Shown: piece after piece, positions 60,813-64,000 of the stretch
Numbering within the stretch: position 1 is the stretch's first letter
Layout of the letters: each line of letters opens with the position of its first letter
Assembly: GCA_037447605.1 (NCBI GenBank)
Contig: CM074822.1
Coordinates: forward strand, 1,015,492-1,079,491
DNA from: Zygnema circumcarinatum SAG 698-1b
Taxonomy: Eukaryota > Plantae > Zygnematophyceae
DNA length: 64,000 nucleotides
Direction of reading: 5' to 3'
The notes under the pieces: model-generated
Seen by the model: only the letters and a program-made list of their open reading frames with translations
What the model was told of the DNA's origin: nothing
The model's database searches: none
Position numbers and translations under genes: made by a program

Positions 60813-61389
60813 ACTTTCTTCCATTCGTCCATCTGTCCACGTGGCACACACGTGGCGCTTTCTCATTGGTGCCAGCTGCATGTGTATATGGTTGCCACAT
60901 TACGTACACGTGGCAGTCTCTTATTGGCGTTAGGCACCTGTGTCAGCGCCACATGGTGTATGTTAGAGGGACAGAAGGATTAGATGCAAATTCATCTCCA
61001 CCAACTCTTTCTTCCTCTTCACTGTCCATGGAAACTTCTCTCCCAGTGCCCACAGCACTCATACTCATTTCTCACTCAAGTGCATACACAACACACGAGG
61101 CGGAATAGAAAAACGAAGGAGAGCCTCCAGCCTAAAACTCCTTAATAGTAACAAGCTCTCCGGCTCAAGCCCCCTTAAGCCTAAGCCAAGCTTCCATCAC
61201 ATGATCACTCCACCTTCACGTGAGGCAGCTCTCCGCACACGGAGACCCCTCATGAAGGTCCACCTCCTCTTGCCAAAGCCATGCCTCTAACTGCCGTAGC
61301 TTTCCAACTCACGTTAAGGTGGTTTTTGCGTTGCCGTAGGCAAAAGCATTGTCATCGTTTTCATCCGTACGATGAGTTCGATTAAGGTG

Positions 61390-62416
61390 TCAAAGATGAG
61401 TTTGATGAAAATGGGGTATAGTTTCCGCGAGTCTGACGTTGCCACGTCGCGCGTCTTGATTGGTTGTGTGTTTTGTTGGATCGAATGTGCAGAAAATGGG
61501 GTATTCAGTTATTGCCACGTGTTTTTGTTTTATGTGACCTACGGATTCGATTATGTTGTCAAAGGTGAATTTAATGAAAATGGTGTATAGTTGCCGCGAG
61601 TTTGACGTTGCCACGTCGCGCGTCCTGATTGGTTGTGTGTTTTGTTGGATCGAATGTGCAGAAAATGGGGTATATCGCGTATTTATGTAGTCATTGCCAC
61701 GTGTGTTTTCTACGCACAACAGCGTTCTGTTTGAATGTTTTACGGGACTTATTGTTGTAATTACGGTGTTTGTCGCAGCTTGATAAACTAAACTGAATAT
61801 CCAATCAGTTATTGCCACGTATTCGCTTTTTTTTTTTTGGATTGTCGAACGGAATGTGGTATACCTCTTATCCAGTCAGAAATTGCCACGTGGGTATTGT
61901 GGTTTTTATTGGATCGTTTGTAGGAAATGGGGTATGTTTTTTATCCAGTCAGGTGTTGCCACGTAGCCCTAAAATGGGAAAAAAATCAAAAAAAAACCAC
62001 ACACAAACTGCGACGACAGAATGCGGCGTCATTCTGTCGTCCAGTTTGTGTGTGGTAAAAAAATTTTTTTTTTTTTTTTTTTTTTTTTGGATTGTCGAAC
62101 GGAATGTGGTATACCTCTTATCCAGTCAGAAATTGCCACGTGGGTGCTGTGATGTTTTTTTGGATCGTTTGTAGGAAATGGGGTATGTTTTTTATCCAGT
62201 CAGGTGTTGCCACGTAGCCCTAAAATGGGAAAAAAACTAAAAAAAAACCACACACAAACTGAAACGACAGAATACGGCGTCATTCTGCGTCCAGTTTGTG
62301 TGTGGAAAAAAAAAAAATTCGAATTTTTTTTTTTTTTTTAAATAGAAGCCAATTCTAGAACTGGCCGAAACATGGTTCGATCGACAAGCGCGCAGTGACT
62401 GCCACGTGGCGATGTC

Positions 62417-62462
<46 letters not shown>

Positions 62463-63200
62463 CAAAAAAAAAACAAAAAAAACATAGACACACAAACGCA
62501 CACTAGCGAAACGCTACCGCACACACAAAATCAAAAAAAAAACAAAAAAAACATAGACACACAAACGCACACTAGCGAAACGCTACCGCCACCGTGGCGC
62601 TCAGCGCACCACGGAGATCTCCGTACAACGTACCGTACTGATCGACACACTAACGCACACTGTAGCGAAACGCTACAGCCACCGTGGCGCTCAGCGCACC
62701 ACGGAGATCTCCGTACGACGTACCGTACTGATCGACATACTAACGCACACTAGCGAAACGCTACAGCCACCGTGGCGCTCAGCGCACCACGGAGATCTTC
62801 GTACAACTGACCGTACTGATCGTCCGCCCAATCCAAGATCCTGTCGGTACGAGCGGACCGACATATAAGGACTGTGCGTCGCGCCCGTACATCGGACGCG
62901 CGCAGTTCCGTACAACGGCGTGTCGCGCGCGCGTGTCGGACATACGACATTGCGGCGCGCCACGCGTGTGGGTCGGATATCCGACCATCGACCTATCACG
63001 GACGCAGGTTAGATATTCGAGACGGCTACTTGGCCCGCCGGATGCGGCTGACCCGCTAGCGTTCAGTAAGACTGACATCGCTCAACAGACCGGCCACGTG
63101 GCGTCGCGCCACTGGCTAGCACGGACCGGCCACGTGGCGTCGCGCCACTGGCTAGCACGGATCGCCCACGTAGCAGTTTGCTACTGCGCAGCCCCGCTTC
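61390..63200. repeat. Composite tandem-duplication array rich in hairpins and CCACGT motifs
   Basis: Duplicated units of about 170 bp (61401/61571), 250 bp (61839/62089), 70 bp (x2), 90 bp (x3, 62566-62820) and 33 bp (x2, about 63090-63160). There is a long hairpin at 61996-62056. Confidence 0.85.
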
Positions 63201-63294
63201 CAGCCCCTCACGCCGGTAGAGGGTTCAACGGGGGAAGCGTACATAGGAGGGGGAAAAAAAAACAATTTAAATATTACAACAAACCAAAAAAAAA

Positions 63295-63468
<174 letters not shown>

Positions 63469-64000
63469 TTTTTTTTTGTTGTTTCTGTTAAAAGAATACG
63501 TACATTCAGACAAACACACAGACACAGACACACAAACGTACACACTCACATACAGAAAAAAAAAAAAACAACAAGAAAGGAAGAAAAAGAAAAGAAAAAA
63601 AATGGTGAAGAAGAAAATGTGAAGAATCGGAATGTGAAGTACGAACCTTTTTTGATTAGGATCATATATTAAAAAAACTGTAAAAGCGCTAAAAATGCTT
63701 AAAATATCTATAAAATTTCTAAAAAACCTAAATAATAACCTAAATATATAAAACCTTAAAAATCTTAAAATTTCTAAAAATCTTGAAAATAGAAAATGTC
63801 TAAGAAATCATAAAAACCCTTGTTTTTTAGTCTAACACGCAAATTGAGACACGCACAAACATCATCACAGTCGAAAAAAAAAAAAACAAACTATACAACA
63901 TAGGGCCCTATGTGTAGTAGTTTGTTTCCTTTTTTTTTTTTTTTTTCTTATTTGTAGAAAAATCACACACGCAAATTCTGCCGCACAAAACACCTTGAGA

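Overview
Intron-rich eukaryotic DNA in a gapped draft assembly (several 10-N gaps and two 100-N gaps). A streptophyte origin, probably a charophyte alga or early-diverging plant, is inferred from the expansin, GT92, plant-type TTTAGGG-like repeats and a half-tRNA-primed copia element. The window is dominated by an ion-channel cluster. It holds five spliced bestrophin/UPF0187-family paralogs (about 2.5-6.6 kb +, 34.0-36.5 kb -, 38.9-41.5 kb +, 42.8-45.6 kb -, 50.7-54.3 kb +). It also holds two Slo/BK-type K+ channel genes in inverted orientation (20.2-26.0 kb -, 56.0-60.6 kb +) and an orphan third Slo first exon (47.9 kb). Two cell-wall genes are embedded: a GT92/DUF23 glycosyltransferase, and an expansin bracketed by inverted repeats. 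Mobile DNA includes a Ty1/copia LTR element with a 5-bp TSD, two MULE-like TIR elements, two adjacent TA-flanked MITEs, an unclassified dispersed repeat present about five times, and a hairpin-rich tandem array near the right end. Most long ORFs in the supplied track are artefacts of homopurine/homopyrimidine introns and microsatellites. Gene models were spliced by eye, so exon boundaries and starts are approximate. No rRNA, tRNA or CRISPR array was seen.
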